Positions 37,540 through 50,760 of a stretch of 64,000 nucleotides of DNA are shown piece by piece. The translations under genes and the position numbers were made by a program. The notes under the pieces were generated by a model. That model was not told the origin of the DNA, made no database searches, and worked only from the letters and a program-made list of their open reading frames with translations. Each line of letters starts with the position of its first letter. The stretch's first letter is position 1. Origin of the DNA: Stegostoma tigrinum (Eukaryota); the NCBI RefSeq assembly GCF_030684315.1, contig NC_081355.1, positions 16,234,761 to 16,298,760 of the forward strand, written 5' to 3'.

Positions 37540-38240
37540 TGAATGAGTGAACAAATGGCAGGTGAAATTCAATGTATTAAAGTATATGATTGTGTGCTTT
37601 GATCAGAACAATGAGGACAGCCAATGGAAAACTTGGTACAATTTAAAATAATCTATGTGATGCCTTGGATTTTTGCACAAATCTTCGAGGGCACCAAGGC
37701 AGTTAACAAAGCAACTAACGGGCAATCTTGTCATAGGCATGGTGTACGAAAGCCATAATAATAGAGCAAAACCCACACAAAATAATAGTACTAGCGCCAC
37801 ACTTTGGAAAGAACGTGAAGGCTTTCGAGAGGACCCAGAAAGGATCTACTGGAATAGCTTTAAGTGATTGCAGTTGGTGTGGATAGGCTGGAGAAGCTGA
37901 GGTAGCTCTTCTTGAAGCACAGGAGGAGAGATCGGGCTTGGCAGAGGTGTTGGAAATGATGAAGGGTTTAGCTAGAATAAAGATAAACTTGCTTCCAACG
38001 GTTAAAGGAGCAACAATCAAAAGGTTCAACGGAGGCAATGTGAGGGAAAACAAGGAGGGTAGGGTGTGGAATGCACTGGCTGGTCAAATAGTGACTGCAG
38101 ATTCAATAGTAGCTTTGAAAAGTGAACTGGATAAATACAAGAGGAGAACAAATTGCAGGGATATGGGAAAGAGCAGGAAGGAGGTGGAATTAACTGAAAT
38201 GGCCTGCACAGACTTGAACTGCTGAAAGCTTTCCTCTTGT
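37540..38240 (+). mobile_element. Decayed CR1 3' fragment
   Basis: aaatggcaggtgaaattcaatg (WQ..FN) and gtgtggaatgcactg (WNAL). Confidence 0.6.
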
Positions 38241-39224
38241 TCTGCTCAAGTCCACGACTGCTTCGGTCGCGTTAAGTCTACGACTGTAACAAAACAGTCT
38301 CATTTGGTTTTCATGGTCATTGATGTTGTGTTGTTTCGAAAATAAAAAAGAATGTCAGCGAGCAGTGACAATTAATGTTAATATTCTTGAATACTTTTCT
38401 GCCTTAGTTTTTGACTTAATTGGTATATTTTAATTACAGTGTGAACACTGATACTTGCGTGGGAGGGACTGACTGGGAGAACTTGAGTTTGACAACGAGA
38501 GCAAATTTCACCTCCCAAAGGAAAATCATAAACTTCACGAGCATCAGTGACTCAGGTGATAGCCCTATTGCTTTAGTGTCTGAAAATAGTGGGCTCTCGG
38601 GCGACAGTGATTCTGTGGAGTTCTCTTCCCCAGGGATCAATGGAGCCAGAGTCATTGAACATTGAACAGAGTCAAAGGTTAAAGAGAGAAGGCAGGAAAG
38701 GGAAGTTGAGGCCACAATCAGATCAGTCATGATCAACCGGGGAAGCAGGCTTGAGAGACTGAATGGCCTACTCCTGCTCAGATGTTTATATGTACTCAAG
38801 AAGTTGACAAACCAAGATCTAAACTGATGTCTCTAGTGTTGAGGAAATAATGCCATCTCTAGTGGTGAGGGGGGGGTGCCATCTTTCCCAAGAGGCATGA
38901 ATCGGAAGCCTCCACTGCCTTCTTTGGCAGGTGTAAGAGATCCCAAGACATACACAAAAGGAACCTTGGCACTATTGTGAAGACAATCAGAGGTGTTTTT
39001 CCACTTGTCCTGGTTAATACCTGTCCATCAGCCAAGGCCAAAACAGAAGGCCTGGGACTTCTTTGCATGGTGGTGAGATTCCTGGCCCACCAGTCATACA
39101 CCCAGTGGACAGCATACTGGCACCAACTCTGGCTGCTCCACAGTTCACTGCTCACCCATCCCACGATCTGACTAACCAGACATGCTTCGATCCAAGTTGT
39201 GCAAGCTGCTGGAAAGTGCTTGGA

Positions 39225-39545
39225 TGATGGGTGACCGATGAACAAGACAGCCGAAAAATAAGGGGTAAGCCATTCAGGACTGAGATGAGGAAGAATTTCT
39301 TCACTCAGAGTTGTGAGCCTGCGGAATTCTCTCCCACAGGAAGGTGTCGGGGCCGGATCATCGGATATATTCAAGATGGGCCTGCACATGGCCCTTGCAG
39401 TGAAAGGATTCAAGGAGCATGGGGAGTGGGCGCGAATGGGATACTGAGATGCTATGATCAGCCATGATCATATTGAATGGTGGTGCAGGCTCGAAGGGCT
39501 GAATGGCTTACACCTGCACCTATTTTCTAATGTTTCTGTGTAAGA
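39225..39545 (+). mobile_element. CR1 3' end fragment
   Basis: IRGKPFRTEMRKNFFTQ motif and a typical 3' UTR (gatcagccatgatcatattgaatggtggtgcaggctcgaagggctgaatgg). Confidence 0.8.
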
Positions 39546-41513
39546 CACAGAATCCTGTGACAGGCTAGTGCGAGGTCTCAGGATGTAGATGGGTTGTGAG
39601 TGCCAACGGAGAGCTGGATGGGGTAGTAGTAGCAGCACATATAGGGAAGACCTTGTTGGTGATGGTGGAGAGGGCGATGTCACTCCCGTGTAAAGGGGTC
39701 TGTTGATGAAGGCACCTTCCCACCCAAGACCCAAGTAGGGTCACGTTCTGGGCTTCCCAGTTGCTGCTGATTTCCTCCTGCCGCACTAAATATGGAGGCC
39801 GGCTGGGAAAATCTCTTAACCAGTCATTCATTGGCAACGTAAAGGCCTCAGATGGCACTGGAGCGTTTATGCTGACATAGGCTCCCCAACTCCAGGACAG
39901 CGAGCTGATCAGGGTGGGACCAGGAGCCGTGCGATGGCTTTTCAAGGAATTTTGTGGGCCCCCTCAACACATCCCTCCTAAAATTCCCACAAACTCCATT
40001 TTTTTTGGGGGTGTGGGCATGGACAGAGAGGAGAGGAAAGCACTGTAAAGTTCAACTTGTGATCTAGCCTTCGGTTTCTGAATGTGGGATCTATCTGTGC
40101 ACAGATTGGCTGCCAGTCTTCCAACACAACAGTGCAAACATTTCAGAAGCTTTTCAAAGTTTTAAAGTGCTTTGGGACATCCTCAGGGAGTGAAAGGGTG
40201 AATGCAAAATGTCAGATCTTTGTTTATAAAAAGCACATTCATAATCTGTTACATCCAAAATTTTCTCCTGCTCACAGTGGGTAGAACAGGAACCAATATC
40301 ACAAAGCCTACCCTGCCAGGATAAATTGGGATTTCAGACACACACTGACCAACGTCATCAGATGAAATGGTTAGAAAACTCTAAGCACGGTGTGCCTAGA
40401 TTGTCAATTATATTCTTGATAGCACAGCCATAGAGTCCTGAATATTTTCGAAATTACAAATGCAACAACAATGCATTTTTCAAGACTGTTGGCGCCTGTA
40501 ATTCTGTACTGATTCCACTGTTGATTTGACGCTGAAGATGAGAGAGAAGCTGACTTTTGATTTAACCTCCAGTTTCTTCCAAGAAAACATCACCAGATGA
40601 TGACTGACCAAGATCAGGAAGTCAGTTTGAAGGACATCACAAATAAGGGGCTGGAGTTAAATATGACTCTCACCATGTTTTTGTGCATCACTGCTGACCT
40701 GTAACTCATTCAGCTACTCTGTTCACAACCCTTCAGATTATCTACTCATCTAACATGTACTTTCACTGAGAACCCTTGACTGTGACCATTTCTTTAAGGT
40801 CCCAATACAAAGGCTTTTGTGGTGCAGTGGTATTTTCTCTAGCCCGGAGCCAGGAGGCCTGGGTTTACCTGCTCCAGTGGTGTGTCGTAACATCTCTGAC
40901 AAGTTGATTTAAAAAGATCTTTGCCATTTGTTCTGTTTCTCTCATACTCAGAATTTCCTTCATATGGTAAACTGTTGAGGCATCCTTGTGCATGATGAAC
41001 ATAGTATTGGTGTTGTGAGTTGATCCTACATGCCACTTAATCCAAACACAAAGGCTGTTGTATTCAGCAAACTAATTCTCTGTACTCCACTCTTATTACA
41101 GGGAAGTTTGCACATTTGAAAAAAAACACTACTTTTAATCCACATGAGAATGAATGTCAAAATAAAGGAATATTAAACGTAATTCGCTGCAAATGTTGAA
41201 TTTTATCAATACAACCAGTGACCTTTTATTAAAAAAGAGCTCAATTACACCACACCACTACCTCTTCATTCATCTTGTATGCTCTCTTACATTTTTCTCC
41301 CAATTGTGGAAGGGCCTCAGTTTCTTTTGTTTAGCTTTTTGGATGGAAAGTAAAAATTCTGAAAACAAAATTAAGTCTTTTGGCAACATTTCCTGTATTT
41401 TTTTAAAAATCCGAAACAAAACTACGAAAAACCAAGTTTAACTTACTCTCACAAATAAAAAAAAAGAACAAGACAACAGAGCACGTTTGGGAATAGATAT
41501 CTGGATCTTGTAC

Positions 41514-41704
41514 CTGTTCATTACTCTTCTGTGTACGATTTTCAAAATGATGATCCTCTCAGCACAATCTTTCAGAAACTCGGACATTTTCTGCTTCAGG
41601 CTGGGTTTGATTTCGTGCTTTGCAATAGCCTTTAGATGATCCCATGAGGCTTTGCACCTCCGCTCCAGCTGGGAAAGGTTTTCTTGAAGCTGGTCAAAGT
41701 CGAT
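41514..41704 (-). CDS. FHOD3: FHOD3 coding exon (FH2; IDFDQLQENL...IVHRRVMNR)
   Basis: FHOD-like translation. Acceptor ccgcag, donor GTACAA, 191 nt, phase 0/2. Confidence 0.95.
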
Positions 41705-43914
41705 CTGCGGACAAGAAATCAACCCTTGTATTTTTTTTAAAAAGTCTTTTTTACAGCTCAAGTCAGATTTGCTCACATTTCTGACATCAGTGCCATTAGA
41801 ACAGGCAGCCAAGGTGTAGGACAGAAAGGTTTGCAGTGCCAACAAAACACAGATCATTCCAGATTGAGCTAAAGAATCGAAAAAGAGCCATGCCTCAGCT
41901 GAACTTTTATGGAGACTGGGCAGCTGGAGAGGGTATGACAAATCATGTTTTCCCCCCATGGAAAGTCTTAACTCTCAAATGCTAACTATGTTCCACTCCT
42001 GACTTGCTGCAAGTTTCCAGCATCTTCTGCCTTTATTAACTCCTTTAGTTTTAGACTTTGATTTGAATATGACTCAAGCTAATAGGACAGCTATTGCCTG
42101 TAAGGGTGGTCAGCATAATAACTTGAATCGTCTCGATTCTATCGCATAAAAGCCAATAAGATTGCTGGAATGGAGACATCAGACTAGCACAGTATAGGGG
42201 TTCAGCAAGTTTTAGGGGAAGGAATCATGTTGATCTGTGGAGATATTCTAACAGTAACAATGCAATCAAAATGCAATGGTGCTTCATTCACCAACCTGAG
42301 AGTATATCTCGTGTGCTAACGCAAACATTTGTTTAAACAACAACTTATTTTTGTAGCTGCTTAACTTACTTTGGTGAATTTTCTCTGTTGGGATCAGCAG
42401 TGACAACTCAACAGCTCAGAAGTAGAGAGAGCAAGAAGGAGAAATACCATGAAGCAATGGGTCTCAAAGGAACATTCCATAGTAGCTGGTCAAGAACAAT
42501 TGCCCAGAAGAAAAATAAAGGATCTTGTTTGAGGTAGTTTCAGTCAAAGTTGCATTGATTTTTAGACTGAAATGAGATTATCACTCACCTTAGAACTATC
42601 TGTTGCAAACAGGCACACAAAGAGCAGAGATTAAGCATCTACAATCACTGCCCAATTTCATGGACAAGGATTGCCCATTCTTTGCCTCTGCCATGTGTTG
42701 TATTAGCAGAGAAAATCAACCCTTAGTATGTTTAAGTCTATGGCTAGGTCAGCGATTTTCAATGAAAAACCATATTGAAAGGTGATATCTATTGTGTTGG
42801 GCTGATACATTTTACACCAAACATGGTCATTTAGCAAAATTCTTGCAGGTCTCCCTCTCAGGTGGTAAAATGGTTAATGGTTTCAAGACAAAGAGCCTCT
42901 GGGATTGCACTGAGCTTCTGTGCACGATAAAGTCATTAGTTTAACAAATGCTAACTCCCAACTGCTCCCGGTGTTTGATTTATGACAAATAGACCTGCTC
43001 CAGTGATGAAGAGTTGACGGCAGCACAAATCCCAAACGGTCAGGCTGGATCGTAAACATGTCTTTACATTGCTGACAGCAGCATTTGCAAAACTCCCCTT
43101 AGCGGCCAAGGTTAGATTGATTAGGCCAGCAGATTCTAGTGGCTGGTGTTAAGACAAAGGAACAAAACGCATGCCTGCTCTAAACTCATGAAGAAATTGA
43201 AGCACAAAGAAATTAAGAGCTTTTTTTTAAAAAGAAAACGTAAAAATCGCATGCTGAGTTTGAGAGATGGTATCTCATTCTCAAGCGAGTTTAAACAATG
43301 TGAAAAGTTAAATGAGGTTGTTACTTTCAGCTTTACATCTCTAATGTGTTTTCTTTAGCAACAGATATTGACAGTTCTAGCATCAGGGAATCTGTAGCTG
43401 ATAAAGGAGCAACTGTTGAATTTATCAACATGAAGGAAACAAATAAGCCTGGTTCCAATAAGTGAAAATGGTTATGGTGATCTTAACTCAGTCTCTCTAA
43501 AGTGTCAGGCAACTGTTTTGTGCTAACTAGCTTGCAATAGTAGGAACTTTGCATGTGGTCTGAAGTCAAAACTAAACCAATTGCCTTAATATATTTACAC
43601 TGTCATAAACTCAACAATTTAAAGGTTATATCCATTAGAACTACAGAATTTGTTGCAGACAATGGATTGAAATCATGTGTTCTTAGAACTGATCTATTTA
43701 GGTCACTGCCCATAAGACTTTCTACCTTTGTTTGGAAAAATTACTTTCCCAAAACTAACCCATATTCATCTGTCTCTATTGTGAAATCCAGAATTTGAAT
43801 TAAAATATATCTATTCATATACCTTTCGTCACATCAAGAGTTATTATTCTCTTTCAGTATTGAATCAGGCAAAAATTACAGTGTTCAGTTCTGCTTGAAA
43901 TATTCCCTAAGCAT

Positions 43915-44330
43915 TACTCATAGCTCAGCTGGTAGCACTCACACCCCTAGATCATAAGGTTGTGGGTTCAGGTCTCACTATAGGGACTGGAGTACAAATT
44001 ATACGTCAAGACTTTGGTGCAAATCTGAAACTGTGCCTCATTCACGCTCACTGTCCGTGATGCTGCGCATCAGGCAACATGTAAAACTATGACCCAGTCT
44101 TGCTGAAACAGGCGGACGCTGAAGATTCAAAAGGCGGGTACAAATTTGGACAAGATTATCGGAAAAACCGTTCATTAAAATAGCAAATGATCTGCTCATT
44201 GATGTTTGCAGGAGCTTTCTGTGAACAAATTTTCCTCCAGTACAACAGTTATTATTTGGCTGTCAAATTGAGTTTGGGTCATTTAAATGGTGACACGTGC
44301 TATAATAATCGAGTTATTTCTTTCACTTAT
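43915..44330 (+). mobile_element. Old tRNA-derived SINE (Deu-SINE/SacSINE1-like); related decayed copies near 24580-25070, 38830-39110 with 40080-40230, 53930-54170 and 55170-55470
   Basis: Head tagctcagctggtagcact...ggttgtgggttcagg. Shared internal blocks (aaagatccca...gaagagcaggg...tatctaaccctcaatcaac) recur across the copies. Confidence 0.5.
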
Positions 44331-44978
44331 TAGATAACTTAGAGGAAACTAGCAAACTTGATTGCAGAAATGCTACATATGGAAGCAGGCCAATTCTTTC
44401 AGCCTACCAGACCAAGCTATAAACACATCAAGCAGGTTATGTCATTTCTCGTCTGCAGAGTTCATCAGATAGAATGATAGGAGATAAACAGGAAATTTAG
44501 CAAGGTTGAAAAAAAATAACAATTCACAAAAAAAAGTTAAACTAACCGAAACACCAGTCATGAAGAGTGAATCGCAAGATCTGTAATGTATCATTTCACA
44601 AGTTAAATAACACGTGACTGCTTGATAGAAAAGCTCAAAAGTCAGAATTCAGAATAATTATAACACAGCTGGATGATATTATATAAGTTCTTTTTTAAAA
44701 TGGGAGTTATAGATATCTAATGGCTATTTAAAATCTCCAGACCTAGATCCTACAAACTAAGAAACTGCAACTCCTAAATTTTTCAAATTAACCTTTCTAG
44801 ACATGTTATGACACACCTATGGAGGAGATGGGACTTGAACCTAGGTCTCCTGGTTCAGAGGTAATGACATTACCACAGTGCAACATGTATCTGCTGCTGC
44901 TTCTGTACTTGTCAGGTCCATAAGTCAATGTAAAATAACCAATATCTAATGTACTGTACATGTTCTCTCTGTATATCA

Positions 44979-45183
44979 AAGGCCAGAAGTCACACGTTAC
45001 TAGGTTATAGTCCAACTGGTTTATCTGAAATCTCAAACTTTCGCAGTACTGCTCCTTCATCACCAGACAAAGGGGCAGTGTATGGAAAGCTTGTGATTTC
45101 AGATAAACCAGTTGGACTCATAATCTGGTGTCATGTGACTTCTGGCCTTGTTCACCTCAGTCAAACACCAGCACCTCTGCATT
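44979..45183. mobile_element. Fold-back PLE-terminus insertion (family D)
   Basis: Arms aaggccagaagtcaca...tccaactggtttatctgaaatc / gatttcagataaaccagttgga...tgtgacttctggcctt. Decayed hammerhead core with GAAAGCTT helix III, and a ~34-nt extra tail on the right arm. TSD unclear. Confidence 0.7.
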
Positions 45184-46381
45184 GTGGCAGTATGAAAGGC
45201 AAAATAAAGCTCGGAAAGAAAACAGAACTGGGAAAGTAAACCTGTTACTGAGTCAGAGAGAGTGCACATCATTTTGAGCTCAACCAGAGGGAGAGATATT
45301 GTATAACCACCTGTGTTTCACTCTCGTTACTGCTTTTGTGGTTATGGAGAAATTCACCATCAAGCAAATCCTTCCAGAGAATTTAGTCATTGAAATAGAT
45401 TGATATAAGTAACAACTTTCACGTAGAACCTGTTGCTGTGTTTTAACTGGTCCTACTCTCCAGGCCCAAGAGGCTGAGGAGCTTGCATCATGCAACTGAG
45501 CCTGAAAGGTAACTGTGGTTTGAGTTAAATATAAATGAAAATGTTAAGGTGGTGATTCAGCAGGTAGATCTGGAAAGTCAGCCATGGTCAAATGGGGGGA
45601 GTAGGATTATGGGATTATGATCTACCCACTGCTCTTATTTCTTCTGCCGTTTGGGGAATGGAAGCAGTGATCATGAAATTTGTTTTCTCTTTTTTATGTG
45701 ACTGCCTGTCATAGTCTGTTGCCTACTGCCATCGTATGAATAGCAGGCAACCATCCAAACATTAATGTTTCGGAAATGAAGACGTTCAGTTGTCAGCTTT
45801 GGTAATCCGTGTTACACAGCAAGTGTGGAAGAGATTTTTTTTATATTGATAGTATTGCAGAAGCTAATCTCTAGGATTCCACATGTGCCTTGGATGAATG
45901 ACATTTTAAGCCATCATATTTCCCAGTTCCAAATAAAATCACATCCAATTGTTTCAGCTAATATAACCACTTTGATTTGATTTGATTTAATTTATTACGG
46001 TCACATGTCCAGAGATAGTGATAAGTATTGTGTTGCATCTTATCCAGCCAAATCATACCTTAAATACGTACACCAAGGTAATAGAACAGAATGCAGAATA
46101 TTGTGTTACAGCTACAGAGATGGTACAGAGAAAGATCAACTCTATTATTTGAGTGCTCTGTACACAAGTCTAACATTGTAAATCAGGGTGAAGTTAGTTG
46201 ATTCTTTAAAGATCCCAGTTAAATGCATCGTCTAGCAAAGATTCTAAAATACCCCAAAACTCAACTTGTAAAGTTTCTGAGTGAAATACATACCAATATT
46301 TTGTTACTTTCTGGCCTGGCTGGAAAATACAGCTGCGGCATCTGGATAATAGACAGACAGAATGTTTTTTCGCTGACATAC

Positions 46382-46543
46382 CTTGGCTGACCTTGTGATG
46401 GCCCCAATCTCTGAATACAGGTCTGAACTATCTGGAAATTTTTCCACCACAATAGTTGCTGTGTGATGCAGCAGTGATTGCTTATGCACTGTGTCTTTTA
46501 CTTCTGGTACTTTCTCCAAGTACCCGAGCTCAAAACCTTTTGC
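46382..46543 (-). CDS. FHOD3: FHOD3 coding exon (FH2; [27 protein letters not shown]...ITRSAK)
   Basis: FH2 'GF.L..L.KV.EVKD...K.SLLHH' motif. Acceptor ggcag, donor GTATGT, 162 nt, phase 0/0. Confidence 0.95.
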
Positions 46544-46950
46544 CTGCCAGGAGAAGTGGGAGGGGGGAAAAATAATTACTCCAAAAGATACATATTTAGC
46601 ACTGACAGGGATCATTATGTTTGCAAAAGCAGAACCTAATCACATATAAAGTAAAATTATGCGACTAATCTTATCATTAGCAATAAAGTCAAATGTTTAA
46701 AATTCATTGCTGTAATACAAAACACGAAGAGACACTAAGTGGATGAGCACTACAATTGACCATGTTTACTGAAAATATAAACAATCCTGCCCACCAGGAA
46801 GTCCCCACATGACAGTGTTTTGAACAAGGTTGGCATTGACTCAGGTGACAATATGTGCTCCACAGCTCAAATAACTGGCCGGCAATTACTGGATTTATTC
46901 TCTGCAGCATACATCCAATGACACCAGTAGTTGTTGTCTATCCCCAATTA

Positions 46951-47167
46951 CCCAAGTGCTGAGATAATAGGAACTGCAGATGCTGGAGAATCTAAGGTAA
47001 CAAAGTGTGGAGCTGGATGAACACAGCAGGCCAAGCAGCATCTCAGGAGCACAAAAGCTGACGTTTCGGGCCCAGACCCTTCATCCTCTGATGAAGGGTC
47101 TAGGCCCGAAACGTCAGCTTTTGTGCTCCTGAGATGTTGCTTGGCCTGTGTTTGCCCAAGTACTGAG
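46951..47167. mobile_element. Fold-back PLE-terminus insertion (family A) with 13-bp TSD and an intact + strand hammerhead core (47088-47117)
   Basis: TSD cccaagtgctgag / cccaagtactgag. Core ctgatgaagggtctaggcccgaaacgtcag. Confidence 0.88.
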
Positions 47168-47337
47168 CTGCTTCCTCAAACATTTTAGAGAGAAGTTAAG
47201 AGTCAACCATATTGGGCCAGATGACAGGAAAATTCCTTACTTAAAAAGGACATTTGTGAACCAGATGGTTTCTTTTTGGATAAGTGGTTACCATTGTGGA
47301 GATTAGAATTTGATCTGGAATTGTAAGCTAAGTGAAT

Positions 47338-47741
47338 CTAAATACAGATTCTGGATGTGAGTTTGCTCACTGAGCTGGAAGGTTAGTTTTCAGACGTTTT
47401 GTCACCATTCTAGGTAACATCATCAATGAGCCTCCGACGAAGCGCTGGTGTTATGTCCTGCTTTCTATTTATCTGGTTAGGTTTCCTTGGGTTGGTGATG
47501 TCATTTCCTGCGTTGGTGATGACATATCCAATGCAGGGAATGACATCACCATCCCAAGGAAGCCTAACCAGATAAATAGAAAGCGGGACATAACACCAGC
47601 GCTTCGTCGGAGGCTCGCTGATGATGTTACCTAGAATGGTGACGAAACGTCTGAAAACTAACCTTCCAGCTCAGCGAGCAAACTCACATCCAGAACCTCA
47701 ACCTGAGCTACAAATCTTCTCAAAACTCGCTAAATACAGAT
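47338..47741. mobile_element. Fold-back PLE-terminus insertion (family C) with ~165-bp arms and 12-bp TSD
   Basis: Long near-perfect inverted repeat. Perfect TSD ctaaatacagat at 47338-47349 and 47730-47741. Confidence 0.9.
47618..47651 (+). ncRNA. Minimal hammerhead ribozyme motif (family C)
   Basis: CTGATGA-T-GTTACC-TAGAAT-GGTGAC-GAAAC-GTC: a 6-bp stem II unrelated in sequence to family A, with the same core. Confidence 0.8.
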
Positions 47742-49699
47742 GTTTAAAATAGTGGCATTTGATCCATTGTCCTTGGAACACTCTGGATTACAAGACCAGT
47801 AATATTACCAATGTGGATTCATCACCCCAAGCAGCTGATTGAAGGGCTGCTAACTGTATCCCTACGTGAGTCCATGACTTTGGGAGTGAATAGGAGAAAG
47901 TTGAGGGAGGGAGAACATGAAAAGGTTCACTGTAAAAGTTTATCTTCTGAGTAAAACTTCTTCTGTTGACAACCATAACCTGTCAAGAATTTTGCAGTTC
48001 AAGAAGCCACGTCTGACCAACAACTCCCTAATACCGTCATATGGTCCATTTTAAAATCTTGGATCAACATCAAAATTCCTTAATACACAAGAAAAAATGT
48101 GAACTGCAGTTAGATTAAAAAGGCACATTTAATCACTGTCTATGTGAATTACTTGTACTAGTTGCTTTTAAACTGAGTAAACTGCAAAAAATGATATTAC
48201 TCTCAGCTCTCGTGTAACTTTCTGTTACCAGGAAGGTTTTATGACCTTCTTCTCCTATACTGGATGTGATTTGATTTTAAAAAAAAAACAAGTGACTTTC
48301 TCAAGGTTAGCATGTAACGCAACTTAATTCTCTGTAGTTTTGGCCATTGAACAGTAGCTTTTATATGCAGTTGCTCCAGCCATGGATGTCATTCTCAGTG
48401 AGTAGAGAGGTACATAATTCCAACCCGAGTCAGAAATTGAACCCAGTAGCATGGATTCGTGTTATATTTCTCTGTTGCTTAACAATAATACTGTTGGCAC
48501 AAGGTGTTGGGATTCATTATTTGTTTATTTTTTGAAAAGGACTTCAGAAAACTCCTACGCTACTTGCTTTATATTGACTTATACCACGGTTTGCTGGTGT
48601 GTGTGTTTTTTTAAAAAACTCCTTGTATTGGTGAAATGACACGAATTAACAAATCTGAACATTCCATACTGTCTTGTCTGAGTACATCTTTACTTCTCCC
48701 ATATTTGCCTTGACCATCGCATCTCAGGATCATAAAATTTTCCTCTTCATGTTGCTTTCCTTTTTGTATCTCACAACACTCCTGTGTATTCCTTTGCTGT
48801 TTTTATATACATAGCCAGTCTAGATTTCCAAATCTTACCATTTCTATAAGACTTTTATTTTACCTTGCTGCAGTATTTTATCTAATTTATTGAACATATC
48901 TGCTTAACTACACAAGCAAAACTTTTGTCTTTTAGAGATGCGAGTCAGTTTTGTGTCAAAGCCAAAATGAAGAGGGACTTTTGTCCCTGTTCATAGACTT
49001 ATGCACAAACAGGTCAACAATTTACCCTACAGGTAATGCAAGGTTCCTTCCAATTGAAACATGCTCAATTTAAAATTTAGAACCAGTTTTTGACTCCTCT
49101 TTCTCACTCTCCCTGAAACCCAACATTAAATTCAATTGTATTATGGTAATTATTACAAAATGTGTCACCTCTGCCCACCAGCTTCCATAGTCAACAGATC
49201 ATTCAGCATTATGTCTATTCCTAAATACACTTTTATCTCCCCCGACACTTTCGGCATTCAAAAGGAGACTGTCCACTAGCACACACTCCCTTTTCCCATA
49301 GCCCTGGGCAAATGCAGGAGATTCAGCACTTGCCCTTACATCTCCTTTCATCCAACCACTCTGGGCCCCAAACAGAATCCCCAGCAAAAACAACTAGTAA
49401 ACTGAAAGATGTGCAACGTTGCCTGCTGCACTGCTGACTGTCAAGTAGTGTACTGTACATTTAGGAGGCCGCAAACGCAAATAGAGTGATTGCTTTCCTG
49501 AATTACTTCAAATAAACTGAAACCATGATCCTGAGCTTCTAATAACCAGACACTAATTCTTCACTTTACTTACTCGAGGAGTTCAGCCTCCTGCATAACC
49601 CGATGGAGGGTGTGAGAATTAATCCTTGGAATGGGATGTCCCAATTAGTACAAAACCCAAGGATTGGTCTGTGCGCGAGATTCTATCCAACTAACTCTC

Positions 49700-50760
49700 A
49701 GAGTCACACTGTAGAAACAGCCCTTTTGGCCCACCATGTCTTTGCTGAACAATAAACACCAAACTACACCAATCCCAATAACATGCACTTGGCCCATAGC
49801 CCTACTATACCCCAAACATTTTAAGTGCTTGCTCAGATGCTTTTTTAATGTGAGAATATGCGCTTCCACCACCCTTCGGGCAGCACCTTCCATATTTCTA
49901 CCATCAGGGTGCAGTTTTTTTATTCTCAGATCTCCCCTAAACTGCTTGCTCCTCACCTTAAGCCTATACCCTCTGGTGTTAGACACGTCTGCCATGGGGA
50001 AGAGAATCTCATGATCTACTCTTTCTATGCCTCAATCAGATCCATCTCAGCCTCCTCTGCTCGAAGGAAAACAAACCCAGCCTAGTCAGTCTCTCCTCAC
50101 AACTGAGACTTTGTTTCCCAGGCAATATCCTGGTGAATCTTTACCGCATCCTCTCCAGTGCAATCGCATTCTTCTGACAGCATGGCATCAAGAACTGTAC
50201 ACAGCATTCCATTTATCACCTAACCAATGTTTTATAAAGTTGTAGAAGACTCAGTGTTCATATATTCTACACTGCAGCTAATGAAGGCAAGCATCTTGTA
50301 TGCCTTCTTCACCACCCAGTCAACCTGGGCGGTATGGTGGCACAATGGTTAGCACTGCTGCCTCACAGCACCAAGGACCCAGGTTCAATTCCAGCCTCAC
50401 TGTCTGATTGGAGTTTGCACATTCTCCCCGTGTGCGCGTGGGTTTCCTCTGGGTGCTCCGGTTTCCTCTGGGTGCTCCAGTTTCCTCCCAAAGATATGCA
50501 AGTTAGGTGGATTGGCCATGCTAAATTGTCCGTAGTGTTCAGGGATGTGTAGCTTAGGTGGACAACAGGGGAATGGGTCTGGGTGGGATGCATTGAGGTT
50601 CAGTGTGGACTTGTTGGGCCAAAGGGCCTGTTTCCACACTGTAGGGATTCTGTGATTCTGTGTTGACATCATGGCAGATCTGTGGACCTGTACACCAAGA
50701 CTCCTTTATTTCTAAGTGCTCCCTAATGATCTATCATTCAGCTTCGGAGTTCCCTGCCAT
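49700..50760 (-). mobile_element. CR1 3' fragment interrupted by a SINE
   Basis: ORF 49645-49995 has NTRGYRLKVRSKQFRGDLR, and CR1-like sequence resumes after 50662. Confidence 0.8.
50327..50662 (+). mobile_element. tRNA-derived SINE (HE1-like)
   Basis: A/B boxes tggcacaatggttagc / ggttcaattcc, tail ...gtagggattctgtgattctgtg. Confidence 0.88.
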
